Shown here in pieces: positions 12,787 through 25,789 of a stretch of DNA of 64,000 nt. How positions within the stretch are numbered: position 1 is the stretch's first letter; each line of letters begins with the position of its first letter. This stretch comes from Octopus vulgaris. Its lineage: Eukaryota. Under the pieces are notes generated by a model. That model did no database searches. It saw only the letters and a program-made list of their open reading frames with translations, and was not told where the DNA came from. Both the position numbers and the translations under genes were made by a program. The stretch covers positions 80,290,001-80,354,000 of the forward strand of contig OX597816.1 of NCBI GenBank assembly GCA_951406725.2, read 5' to 3'.

Positions 12787-12865
12787 CTGGGGTTCTCAAC
12801 CTGTGGTCCACGTTCTCCTGGTGGTCCGCAAAGGTAATGCTGACGGTCTGTGAATTAAATTCAAA

Positions 12866-12901
<36 letters not shown>

Positions 12902-12978
12902 TGAAGATAAGCATGTTAAAAGGGAAATCTAATTTAAATTAAAGGGGTCTCTGGTAGTGAAAAAGTTGGGAACCAGTG
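12787..12978. mobile_element. hAT/Charlie-like MITE
   Basis: TIRs ctggggttctcaacc / agttgggaaccagtg; imperfect 8-bp TSD gcctaaca/gtctaacg. Confidence 0.75.
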
Positions 12979-14059
12979 GTCTAACGTGTCCCCTGTTATG
13001 ACAGTAGAATATGATTAGTGGCATATGTATCTGCTATTTCTCTCGTAACAATTGCATAGACCCAGAAAATGACATAAAAATCATTTCCACCCTTAGTCTT
13101 ACAAGTGTATTGCTTCTTTTCTATGTTTCTTCTATATAATATTGTATTAACCTTTGTTCCATGAAGATGACTTAGCTCATGCCAGCTTATTCAAGCACCC
13201 CCATCTCACTCATCTCTCATCATCTCCTCCTCTGCATTTTATCCAAATTATCTGGCTCTGCACTAACCATTATGCCACAACTTCCTTTCCAGATTGTCGA
13301 CCTTCTGCATTTCCTGCAAGTGCTGAATTACAGAGGATTAAGAGGATGGCATCAATCTCATTGGTCTAGGAAGACCAGCAAAGGCTACAACTTCTTCCTC
13401 CAGATCCTGTAAATGTAGAACAACTGAAGAAGAAGAAAAAAAGGAGAAACCTCTTGCATAGTCTCAAGCTAGAAATAACAAGGTAAGACGTTTCCTCACC
13501 ATTCGTATTATATATGAATGCATACACGGAAACAATTAGAGAAAGAAAATTATGACAGCCTTAATTTTTTACGTATATAACAATGTACACAATTTCCTGA
13601 AATTTCTGAAATTTCCGAAATTCTTAAATGAGCCTGATAAAAAAATTTTATAAGCATCATATGTATAGATCATGGGAGATGACAACAAGTATAGTATACG
13701 TGATGATGATGATGATGATGATGATGACGACGACGATGACTATGATGATGACTATGATGATGATGATGATAGTAATGTTGGAGATGATTGTGATGTTCAC
13801 AGCCATGTTTAAAGTAAATTTAGCCCATTTAATGGGATATGCAGAACAGCGAGTGTCAAAACTACTCTGGTTAAAAGTAATATTTTATAAAGCGATTACT
13901 TTCGTTTCCTTTTCTCTTTAAATCCAGACAGAAAATTGAATTTATACACATTGAAAAACAAATATAATCTGTCAAAAAGTACTTTTCTACTGTTCGCTCA
14001 TTGGTTGACAATGTGTGTACATGTATGAGTGTTTATCCATTGAGGGAGAGAGTATGTGT

Positions 14060-14365
14060 AGGTATATATACATATATATATATACATATATACATATACA
14101 TATATATGTATATATATATATATATGCATGTATATACATATACATATATATGTATATATATATATATACGCATGTATATATATATATATGTTTGCATATA
14201 TATATACATACACACACGCACATATATAAACACATACATATATATATGTGTGTGCATACATAATTCATATATACATACACACACAGACGCACACACACAT
14301 ATATACAAAATATACAATATATATATATACATACATAATGTTGCCATATATATACATGTGTGTAT
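14060..14365. repeat. Degenerate (TA)/(CA) tract
   Basis: Read directly. Confidence 0.9.
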
Positions 14366-14974
14366 GAATCAGTGAATCTATCCAACGTAATCACATACTA
14401 AATGATGATGTATTAAGCAGAACATTTTTTATTAGTTTATACCCACCGTCATTATTACTGAACTCTTCGACCATCCAATCTATGCACTAGATATAGAACG
14501 TCTTGTTGTTTTATAGTATACAGAGTGAATGAATTGACTTTGGCAATTAGTGAAAAGTTTTCCGAATTTTCTGTACTAGACTCATAAAACATAATGCTGT
14601 AAAGCTTTCAGTGATTGTGGCAATTCCTTCCGATGCATTCTTCGTTTTAAATAATTCCATTAATCTTTTCAATGTACATAATTTAATTTTTCTGATGTCG
14701 TATTGTATAATAATATATGGTGGCTCACAGCTGTTTGAGATAATAGGAAGCAAGTCTAGTATTCGAATGGCAAGCAAGCTGTTCTTGTCATGTCACAGAC
14801 AGTGCGCTGAGTTCACAGACAAAACACTAAATTCTCTTGCTACTACTTAAGTATATCATGAAGATATGAGAAGCTATGTTAGAGGACAGCAACTTGTAAG
14901 TTTTATTATGTAATATCCAAGTGGGCTTAAATAAGAGCGCTCTAACAGTTCTGCTATCTAATAAATAATAATCT

Positions 14975-15165
14975 CTAACATAGACACAAGTGCACAAACT
15001 TTTGAGAGTGAGTTATTCAATTAAATGAACGCAAGTACTTGACGATACTTTGTTTGTCGACCCGAGAAAATCGAAAAGCAAATCTACACGGCAGACTTTG
15101 AACTTAGAAGAAATAATACATAGCTTTGTCTCTGACGCTCTAAGGATGCTGCTAATCTAGTGTCC
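14975..15165 (-). mobile_element. Old SINE family A copy
   Basis: Diverged tttgtcgacccgagaaa...tttgaacttagaa. Confidence 0.6.
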
Positions 15166-15617
15166 CTCCATACACTCAAGAAATATTAATAGCGACTGAA
15201 GCATTTGGATATAAAGGTAATCTTTATATCCAACTTAAAGCTTGGATGTTTTATTAGAACACCCAATACTGCATTATTAGCCTTGAGAGATCCCCTCATA
15301 AAAGCGTTTAGTGCATAAAAGCAGACATATAGTTAATAGCAAACGAGAATCATCCGTCATGGTTGTCGAAACTCCCATATCACTTGATTTCATCTTACTG
15401 GAAACCATCAGTGGGAGGCCACATACCAGTCAAATATTGCATGCGAGTCAAATCTCGCTGCTACGATATATAGAATATCAAGATCTTTTGGGACAGTGAT
15501 TTCGCAAGTAGCCAGTGGGCTTATTTGAAATACATTATTAACATCAGAAGCAGTATCAATACCAAAAGATAATTTTTACAACCAACGTGACATGTATGTC
15601 ATAGAATAACTAATACA

Positions 15618-15768
15618 TGTCATGGGCGCCGGAACTCCCATATCGTGATTTCCTTGTTTTGAAAATCACCAATGGGACGCGTCCGGTCACCGCATGTCAG
15701 ATGCTGATATCCTGTAACACGTAACTGCGAGATTTGACTGGCATGTGCTGAGTCTGGCGTCCATGACA
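15618..15768. mobile_element. Small MITE-like element; rearranged relative at 15356-15530
   Basis: TIRs tgtcatgggcgccggaactc / gagtctggcgtccatgaca. Confidence 0.55.
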
Positions 15769-15853
15769 GTACTGGGGTCGATTTGTTCGACTAAAGGCGG
15801 TGCTCCAGTATGGTTGCAGTCAAATGACTGAAACAAATAAAAGAATAAAAGAA
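15769..15853 (+). mobile_element. SINE family C 3' end
   Basis: ggggtcgatttgttcgactaaaggcggtgctccagtatggttgcagtcaaatgactgaaac. Confidence 0.85.
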
Positions 15854-15859
15854 AATACA

Positions 15860-17223
15860 TGTATTAAAGCGCTACTAATAATTCCATACGTTGAGAGAAC
15901 TCAAAAACATATTCTTCATGCGAGAAAGCACTTTTGTTCACTAAAGGATTAGAATGAGAAAAAAAGTCGCATACTGACGAACTGTTTGATGTATCTATGG
16001 GGCCATATGATAGTGCAGATGTCTGTAATCTTGTGGGTTTATTTATATTAATCACATTGAGATACCAATACCCAGCTCATGACATTGGCCTATACCGTGA
16101 CGACGTTTTAGGTATCTCCCATGGGTGTGATGGTCACACCCTTGATAGATTTAGGAAGAAACTAATTTCAACTTTTAATCAATTAGGACTTAGTAATTAC
16201 TAACCTCTGTATAGTTGATTATATAAATGTTTCCCTAGATTTAAACTCCTCGTATAAGACTAACGAATAACTCACATATACATAAACAGTCTTGTCACCC
16301 TCCTGTAGTATTTTAAAATCTGATAGCTAATATTAGTAATAGAGTGTCTAACCTCTCTTCTTCCAAAGAAATTTTCGACAAAGCTGCCCCTTATTATAAC
16401 AAGGCCCTAACCAATAGTGGCTTCAAAGATAAATTAATATATAATCCCTCTATTAATCAAAATATTAATAATAGATCTAGTGGCATCAAAAATAAAATAG
16501 TACCTAACCACTCTCGCATTAATCAGGATAATAAGAAACAAAACAATAGGCCAAGGAAAATGATTTGGTCCGCCCCTTCCCTTTTACCTTAATATAAAAA
16601 CTAACATTAATAAAAGATTCCTATCACTCCTAGACAAATACTTTTCAGATACTTGCAGGTACAGGAAAATATTCAATAGGCGTTCTGTGAAATTGTTATA
16701 TAGCTGCTGCCCAGGTATGGAGAGTGTCGTTGCACGTAGCCGGCACCGGGAGCCTGGTCCGGTTGCGGCTGCCACGGCCCAGGATCTTGTTCATTTGACC
16801 AGTGATGTAAGATTGACTCTATCACGTGTGAAGCAGAAGTTACTGCTACCCTAAATGGTGATACAACTGATGGGAAGACCTATACTGGATTTTGTGAGGG
16901 TGTTTGGTGATCGCTGTGCCAGTCACATGGCCTCCTTCTGACATGGGGACAAAAGTAGAGCTACTGGGTTGGCTGGTAGCGTGTGAACTATAAGAGATGG
17001 CGTAGCACGGCATGTAATTGAGTGGAAAGTGGTTGAGAAATCTATGCCTTGTGTGAACGGATCGAATGAATGTAGACTTTGTTTGGCTGAAGGGGCGCAG
17101 ATCATGTTCGGATCTAGGATCCCTAGCTCTCTATTGAACTCCAGGTCGGAAATTTTCAGTAGGTGCATGCATATGGATAAATGTTTTCTGAACAGTTGGA
17201 GAATTCTGCCTATTCCTGACTGA
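15860..17223 (+). pseudogene. Decayed Penelope-like element (RT + GIY-YIG)
   Basis: MGPYDSADVCNLVG, GLYRDD, FDKAAPYYNKAL, CRLCLAE...LLNSRSEIFSRCMH; several stops and frameshifts. Confidence 0.9.
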
Positions 17224-17507
17224 CTTGATGTATTTGCACCCTTGTCATTTGAGGATAGCACTTTTTATACCTTTTGACACTTTAGTTTCGCTTTCCGTTG
17301 TTTACTGTCTACATTTTCTATATGCTGCATTCACACTTCCTCGCGTTTTTTCTGTTTATTCAATTTTTAGTTCGTTATGCTATGTGGTTTGCACCTAAAA
17401 TAATATATTTGAGTTCTTTCAGCATATGAAACTATTAGTATCCATTTAATGCATGTATTGTGACTTTTAAATAATGATTATATATATTTATGTATGATGT
17501 ATATATT

Positions 17508-17722
17508 TGTGTTTGTGTCTGTTTGTCCCCCACTACCATTGCTTGACAACCGATGTTGGTGTATGTATGAGCCCCATCAGCAAGCGGTTCGGCAAAAGAG
17601 AACCGAAAGAATAAGCACTAAGCTTACAAAGAATAAGTCCTGGGGTTGATTTGTTCGACTAAAAACCTCTTAACATGGTGCTCCAGCATGGCCGCAGTCA
17701 AATGACTGAAACAAAGAAAGGA
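17508..17722 (+). mobile_element. SINE family C 3' half
   Basis: gcttgacaaccgatgttggtg...ccagcatggccgcagtcaaatgactgaaac. Confidence 0.85.
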
Positions 17723-17837
17723 ACATATAAAATTGATTTATGCTATGCCAAAGGTGCGCGTCTTCTTTTCTATTAAGTTTAGACCCTCAGTTATGCGTAC
17801 TCCCACATATTTGCTCGATTCTTATCACTGGATTTGT

Positions 17838-17884
17838 TAATATATCGCTATTACCACCAAATTGGTGGTAACAGCGATATATTA
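17838..17884. repeat. 47-bp near-perfect palindrome
   Basis: taatatatcgct-a-ttaccaccaa-a-ttggtggtaa-c-agcgatatatta. Confidence 0.95.
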
Positions 17885-17963
17885 TCTTACGATTGTACCA
17901 TTTATACCATTTAAGCTAACATCGCTAAGGCTCGGCTTCGATATCCCAACCTGTATATGTACG

Positions 17964-18064
<101 letters not shown>

Positions 18065-18408
18065 ACATACATACATACATACATCTATGTCTTGATGATG
18101 GGGATCGAAAGAATTACCTGCTCATCGAATTAGCTTGTACGTTGCTGAGAATTCCAGAGTATTTACGTGGGCCTTAACGTAATTCTCGGATTGAATCAGA
18201 GTCAATGTTGTACAGTAGAATTACGGGTATAAGTCATCCAACCGCAACTATATAGTTTCTGTCAATTCGATTTCAGTCAGAAGGTATGAGCTGGCCTGAG
18301 GCTATAAAACGTAAAATTTCCCTAAAGGCGTTACGCAGTGTAAGCAAACTTAGGACCTCACATTTGCGATGTGAATTTCTTAACTTTTCGGTTATACTTC
18401 TCCTACAC

Positions 18409-18439
<31 letters not shown>

Positions 18440-18471
18440 TGCACACGAGCGCGCGCACATCAAGCATTAGA

Positions 18472-18508
<37 letters not shown>

Positions 18509-18809
18509 GAGGACAGGGAATGAGCATTGCTGATACTCATGAGTATTGCTAATACTACACCACAGCATGGCAAAACTAATTTAATTACAAGACTGCTTTG
18601 TGACTGTAAGAATCTATTAGGCTTCGACTTGGTGACCCATATTGTGCTGATTTTATGTTGTTTGAAATTTGTAGGATAATTAAAAAGTCACAGAATTATA
18701 GTAGTTTACAAAAACAAAAATAATATAACACATGAATTAAGTCTCAGTTCAAATATTTTACTGCAAAAATGAATGAGAGTGTTTGACATTGATGCTTTTA
18801 AAGGGGAAG

Positions 18810-19348
18810 TAAATATAATTGGCTTTATAAATTTTGATATCATGTTTTTCATCCAGTTTTTCTGCTGTTGATGCGTAGATTATGCGTAGGTCAAATCTGA
18901 GCCAACAGATTAAAAGCGTTTCAACCGTGACTATCGTAACTTTTTAGATATCAAGAACTACGTTATCCAATATTAGCTTCCTATTTTGTTAAGACGGTAA
19001 AGATACACATAACGGTTTCTTTGTTGGCTTGTTTTTAGGCAGTAGTTTTCGATCTGATATCTCAAATTGAGAAAACCGAAGTTTTATATAAGATGAAACA
19101 TGTCAGGGAAAATATAAATCAATAAAGGAAAGGAAAAAAAAAAAAATACAGAAAAAATAGATTTTCACTTAGTCAAAATTCGTGGGCGAAACGAAATTCA
19201 AATAAAATATTCCCAAATCTGAATTAGAATCGATAAAATAATTTCAGTGTTCCTTCAATTTGATTCAAAAACAGAATTTGGAGTTCAGAGTCTTTCCTTT
19301 TATATTTTGATACATTAAAATATCTAGGTTTGATCAATTTCAGATTTT

Positions 19349-19408
<60 letters not shown>

Positions 19409-19440
19409 CACAAACACACTCGCACACATAAGTATGCATG

Positions 19441-19512
<72 letters not shown>

Positions 19513-19583
19513 TATATAATGTATGTAGATATATCTATATAATACGTACATATATATGTAATGCATGTATATATATCTATAAA

Positions 19584-19626
<43 letters not shown>

Positions 19627-19940
19627 ACTTTCAGTGAATATTCAATTGCTTTTTACTTTTTTTCTTCATCGATTTAAGTTTTCCCCAGTCATGTTTTATG
19701 TTCAGTTTCCTCAATTTGAGATATCTGATCGACAACTGCTTAAAAAAAACAACAACAAAGAAACTTCCATGTGTATCTTTACCGTCTTAACAAAATGGGA
19801 AGCTAATATTTGCTAATGTAGACCTTATTATCTGCAAACGTAGAATAGTCACGGTTGAAAAGCGTTTATATCTGCTGGATCAGATTTGACTATTTCTAAT
19901 GAGCAGCAGAAAAACTGTAAAATTTATAGTAATTATAAGT
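18810..19940. repeat. Long diverged inverted repeat (arms ~18810-19176 and ~19624-19940)
   Basis: Collinear reverse-complement blocks, e.g. gttaagacggtaaagatacacat/atgtgtatctttaccgtcttaac and gatatctcaaattgag/ctcaatttgagatatc. Confidence 0.9.
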
Positions 19941-20149
19941 ACTTAGCCTAGCACTTCTACCTTCCTCTGTTTGGCTGAAATCGCGCTTAAGCTAAACTGA
20001 TTTTCATTCGCGGGAGAGTTCTACCAACAGGTTGCATGGTTGGCAATGGAGACCCAACTTCGTGAAACCGCTCATCGACTATGTTGAAGCCAAAATATTC
20101 TCACACTTCACTGGTCCCACTCCTGAGCTTTAAGGTCGGTATATTGACA

Positions 20150-21095
20150 ATTGAATCTGTGCCATCTCACTCACCTGCAAACAATGAAACTCCTTCCTCT
20201 CTTTCGTCCAAGACCTTACACCTCCCCTTCTCTGCTTTGCTTGTGAAATCTCCATTAACCAAGTACATCTGTCATCTACACGCCTACAGAATCTCATTCC
20301 TATTGAATCTTCACATTCTTACACCTCACCCGCACCAACTATCCATCACTTACTCTCAGTTCCTTCGTATCCGACATCGAGACACAGAAACTACCTACCA
20401 AGGATATCCACCATCACAATCCAAGCTGCGTTCGTCCATACGCAGCCAGTGGACTGTCCATGAACCCATGAACCCTGTGTCTATCCCCTTTTAGCAGCGT
20501 CTTCTTCCCCATCTATCCTCCTACTATATTACCCCTCCAACGCACTATATTGTGTGCATTTCGCATACTTCCGTGCCACTTCCTAAGTTTTCCGAACTCA
20601 CGCCTTCCACCCTTCAAACGCATCCGGAACCGACGCAAGTTACTGTTGTGTAGCGCTTTTTCCACTCCTGGCACTCAACCTGGCTATTCCTTTACTCATG
20701 CACACGCTGCAGCACCTGCCTCTTCCGTTCTAACTCTATATTCCTCAATGGTAACCACCACCAATCCATCAATGTCACCGACCCCTTCACATGTACCACC
20801 TGCAATCTCATTTACAGCATCCCTGTACTTTTTTCCTCTCCATTTAAATTGGACAAACTGGTCTACGTAGGTGACAGTTTTGCAAAAACTAGCAGAATAT
20901 AAAACTTGGGAATAATACTTCGATTTCTTACCATTTCAATTCAGCTGATCATTCCTTTCACTGCTTGGCTATGTTCAACCTGACGTTGCCCTAAGATTCT
21001 CATGACTCTCATCCCTGTCAGCAGCAGGAATTATTTTTGTTCTTTTCAAACTTCCGCTCTAAACGGTCTCAATTCTTAACCTCCTTTCGTTTAAA
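20150..21095 (+). pseudogene. Decayed Penelope-like element (RT thumb + GIY-YIG)
   Basis: LSITYSQFLRIR; FTCTTCNLIY...IGQTG; HFNSADHS; LNGLNS. Confidence 0.8.
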
Positions 21096-21559
21096 CATCC
21101 ATTTTTCTACTTCACACATACTTATACACATATTCCATTTAGACCGTCCCCATTTTCCCACTACAGCTACAAAACACATATTAACAAAAAACACAACATT
21201 ATATACACCAACTTATTTAAACAGTGTACTCATACACATTGCTGGTCAATATGCACTTACAGACACACAACTGTTATCTCCTTCGTATACTCTACCACAC
21301 ACATTTCAATTACATTTTCACATGCTACATCAGATAAGACATCAGAAAAGGAGGACATTCATAAAAGATGAAATGAAGAAAGGAAATGGAGGAAATGAGA
21401 TAAGAAGTACACACTGAACACAAAATACCTGAACACATAAATGGCGTATTATTCCTGAGACAGACGAATCTTCCACTGGAACCAATCTAGGAACCGCGTT
21501 GCTCCAAGATCACCAAAATCAACAAGGGCGCTAACCATCGCTCATATGTTGTCCTTTAA

Positions 21560-22950
21560 TCTACAAATACATACTTAGAATGCGTCCATTCTCCTGATAA
21601 TCTATGCCACAGTCAGCCACCTTTCTGAAAATTGATTGGTTAAAGCACTTTCTGTTCCAGCCTGATTTTCCTGTCGAAATGGAATTTGTAAAATGAGGGC
21701 TTGACTGGAGAAGAAATTGCCTATCATCAATCGTTTCTGCGTTTGATAACGCACAATCTCTTTCGTCATAACCCCTAGACAGAGAAACACTGCCCACCTA
21801 CAATGTGAAACATGGGTGAAACATATGGCTGATCCTTATGATGGACTCAATCGATAACCGGTTTCGTCCTACACTCGACAGCGGATGTTCAATGTTACTC
21901 CACAAGTCAGTAATGCTTAGGCTTTGCATGAGTGCAATGTGGGTTTGTCAATTTGTGTGGATCTCATTCCCGTCTGATGGCACTTCCATGCTTGTAGAGT
22001 TTATCCCGAATAAGTAGTGCCCTTCGGCAGCTCTGCTAGGCCAAGGATTTCTGGTAATATCTATAACCATATGATTTAGTTCTTGTCGATTGCCTTGTTT
22101 CTCGAGAGCGTCATCGCTCTTACTCTGTAATAGCTCTCTATTCGGTGGGCGTAAAAATTCCACCCCATTGGCCGTTATCACGTTAGTGGTGAGCACGTGA
22201 TGACATTCAAGGTTCCAGACACCCAATCATATTGTTTTTCTTGCCCCAAGACAACAGCTCCATGAAAGCGATGAGCTGTAGAAAACATTTTACAAACGGA
22301 GATCACACCTGGTTATAATCCTGGAAAATCATCATGTTATGCAGCATATCTGCGCATCAGCAGCCACGGTATGCCCGGCCCATCTTTCAGAGGACATTGA
22401 TAGAAGGTGAACAACCTGAAAAATGGAACACGCTCTTTCATGGGATTTCCTTTCCACTGGTCGAGTCGAAAGCCCACTGACTAGGCTGTATTATGTTTGC
22501 TCCTGTCATTGCTTCATCATACTTTAAAATGGAATCAACTATTTGAACCTCACTGTTGTCGAACACTATTACTTTGTCGTCATCCGAATATGCATACACA
22601 GCTCTCCCACATCCTACTCCAAAGTGATGACCCCCACCCTCAAAAGGAGTTGCTAACGCAGCGATGGCTGGAGAGCCAGTGCACATAGAAAAGACGAGAG
22701 AGGAAACTCCGACGGACCCGACTTCTCGTGCATGCTCAACACTGATAACAGACAACAAGCATTTATTGTACCGGTGACAGTTTTCCAAACAATTATTCAA
22801 TGCGATGTGAATATTTCCAACCTGGATAGGATGCTGGTCCATTGCAAGTAACATTCTTTAATAAAACAGATGGCCGGTCGACAAAGGTGTTGATCAATGA
22901 GCCGACGATTCAGTGAGACTTAACCTTATTATTAACATGAAGTTGTGTTG
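21560..22950 (-). pseudogene. Very old non-LTR (L1/Tx1-like) RT relic
   Basis: AVYAYSDD followed by hydrophobic VIVF, with a weak QGCPLSP-like block upstream; heavily decayed. Confidence 0.4.
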
Positions 22951-23997
22951 TTGGCCAAGACACTGAGTACTCTAAAGTCAAGTCTTCCAGTGTATGTAGG
23001 TACCACAAATTACTATTCGTAGTATTCATATAGAGTGGGATACTTTAATGCTATAAGCAGCAATAGTATTTGATTTTCTCCTAGTTGCTGATTCAAGTCC
23101 CCGTATATGATTGGAAATTATTTTGACTGAGATGACACAAAATGTTGTCTGTCAATGATGTAAACACAGAACATTGAGAAATGTAGTTATGTCTTTTAAA
23201 TACATCTAGTTTGGCGATTTTGCGTTTCTGTTACTCTTACTCCGTCATATGCTTTATAACGTTAAAGTCTTTTGACTCGGCGCAGTATCAATTATTTCTA
23301 GCATTGGGATATGTTGTTAATTGAATCTACCTCAGTATATGATTGACATTTTATTGGGAGGGGGGGGGGTGTTGGAAATGGCAAAGAGACCATGATGTGA
23401 TTTAAACAATATTAGAAAGATCTAAACCGAATACTTTAATGTCTTTTCGTTGTAACACTACGATTTCAATTAAACCATCCCCTCACATGTATTGATTCCA
23501 TAGTTTTGAAAACGTAACCTTTTCCATCCTCTAGAGAACTGCAGTGAGAATATTTCGTAGTTTTAGTATTTATCTAATTCACAAATACCATTTTTTTAGG
23601 TACCGCAACTGTAATATAATTTGATATACGTGATAAAAGAAAAAAAAAATTTTTTTCAAACTCAGTCGAAATGAAAAATATATATTTGTTTTTGTAATAA
23701 AATCGTGCAAAATAGAAACTGAAAAACAGCGAAAATTAAAAATGTAGAAAAAACACCAGAATCATTTATAATATTCTATTCATATATTATTTCTTTTTAA
23801 CTTGTGTTATAAGCAATGGGCTACACAACTGAAATGCTATTTTCCACATTAATGGAAATATTTTATTTAGGCATACTGCAATGCTTGTTCGATAAAAGTA
23901 GTCTGTTGTAGGGACACCAGTAAGACGGTAGTATTCATTTTTATTTTTCAGAATAGGAGAGTATACCTATAAATTAAATTATTTCTTTGGATATTTT

Positions 23998-24240
23998 TAT
24001 CTTTTACTTGTTGCAATCATTAGACTGTGGTGATGCTGGGGCACCGCCAACCCAGTCCTTTTTTTCTTTCTTAATCTCATGCTTATTCCATCGGTCTTGT
24101 TTTCCGAACAGCTAAGTTACGGGGACGCAAACAAATCAATATGTCAAGAGGTGGTGGGGAACAAACACAAACACACAAACACGTATATGACATAAGCGAC
24201 AAGATTCTTCCGCTTACAAGGCTTTAGACGGCCAGAGCCT
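23998..24240 (-). mobile_element. SINE family C copy
   Basis: Reverse complement of ggcggtgccccagcatc...agtctaatgattgcaacaagtaaaag. Confidence 0.75.
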
Positions 24241-24250
24241 ATATATAAAG

Positions 24251-24860
24251 AGACAGATCTTGTGTCGTATAGCCAGCTGGAGACGATGTCTCCTGGGGCT
24301 AAACAACAATAGCATTCACCCCAAAATTGGACTTCCACATTGCGTTGGTAAGGAATCATTGCTTTAAAGTGCTGCTACTGAGTGTCACTCGTTGAGAGAT
24401 TTAGTAACAACAATGTTTATATTCTATGAGATGAGTGAGTGTGAGTTACTTAGAGAATTATATGTATTTTCGAACAGGAGTTTAGCAGCGCCATCTCAGC
24501 CGACGAGTTATACTGTACCGACTAAAGGAAATAACCCTGAAATTGTATGGTCCACAGATAACTGCTTTGTGCTGGGTGGGGATGCTAAGTTCCTCTGTTC
24601 GAAAATATAAGGACACAGATCGTGTGTTGTATAGCCAGCTGGGGGCGATTTCTCATGCAGCTAAACAACGGTAGCATTCGCCCCAAAATTGGACTGCCAC
24701 ATTAGGTTGGCAAAAGATCGTAATATACAAATGTACACATATACATACAATGAAAAATACCCTGTTGATGTTGAAATTCCAATGAAAGAACCTTGGATCT
24801 TGGTTAGAAACCGGCTGTTTCTCTGTTCGGAAGAAATCTGGAAATAAAACTGAATAATGA
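24251..24860 (+). repeat. Element with ~110-bp direct repeat (24251-24360 and 24612-24720), ending in (CATA)n
   Basis: Shared acagatc.tgtgt.gtatagccagctgg...gctaaacaac..tagcattc.ccccaaaattggact.ccacatt. Confidence 0.75.
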
Positions 24861-24950
24861 CATACATACATACATACATACATACATACATACATACATA
24901 CATACATACATACATACATACATACATACATACATACATACATACGTACA

Positions 24951-25330
24951 TTATGGCTGCCCCTCGTTATCGAGTATGTCCATTGCACGAAGCTTAACTG
25001 TTACTGGTGTTGCGATCGAATGGGACTTTTTAGCCCAGCTAAAGATCTACAATGCCTTGTACAAAATTGGCAACTAAAACCTTTACTGGTAATAGCCGGC
25101 TGTAGTTGTAAGTGGGATTCATGTACCTTTGCATGTCGTTTAAGTCCTCCTACCGAATTACACTCTCTTCCACATGCCCGACAGATATGATTAGTATGGT
25201 GTGTTACACTACCACCAGTGGACAGGTTGTCACTCATCTGTCTCGTTTTATGACTACGAAGATGACTCTTGAGTCCAGCTTTACTGAGGCAGGGTCTTGC
25301 ACAGACATTGCATGTCAGCATCAAAGGAAG
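24951..25330 (-). mobile_element. 5'-truncated RTE-like LINE 3' end encoding three C2H2 fingers, within (CATA)n
   Basis: CNVC..KAGLKSHLRSH, CRAC..GGLKRHAKVH, CQFC..AGLKSPIRSQ; short 3' UTR with ctcg-ataa-cgag hairpin. Confidence 0.7.
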
Positions 25331-25789
25331 ACATACATACATACATACATACATACATACATACATACATACATACATACATACATACATAAATACATGC
25401 AGATGAGTTGTATAGGATGTGTATTTAGACAATCCTGCGACTATACCAGAAAGCTCCTCTTACGGACTCGGTTATTATTCCACGTAGTGATCAATTACAA
25501 AGAAGTGTAATGTAGTGTGTCCATGTAACTGAAATTCCAGGAAGTCCATTCAATGAGATTATTTCATGAGATGCATATACATAGCGCAAAAACACTATTC
25601 TAATGAGAGTGTTTTGTAGTGATATCATTGTAATATATAATTATAGATTATAGTATTTTCAATGAAACACTGATCAAGGTAAAAGTAAATTATGCTGCAG
25701 TAAAATTTTGCTTGTTATTTGAAGTGTTTAAATTTAACTCATTTGCATTTGAAATAACATCTTCATTCATAATAAATTGAAACATAAAG

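Noticed and set aside
13300-13490. Possible plus-strand exon ending aag|gtaaga
   Set aside because: No convincing acceptor or long frame; the end resembles a repeat fragment
21850-21892. Minus-strand ctgtcga...ggacGAAACCGGT
   Set aside because: A6 mutated, stem II collapsed, no stem I
25001-25432. Host C2H2 zinc-finger gene
   Set aside because: No TGEKP linkers, start codon lies in a microsatellite, followed by a LINE-like UTR hairpin
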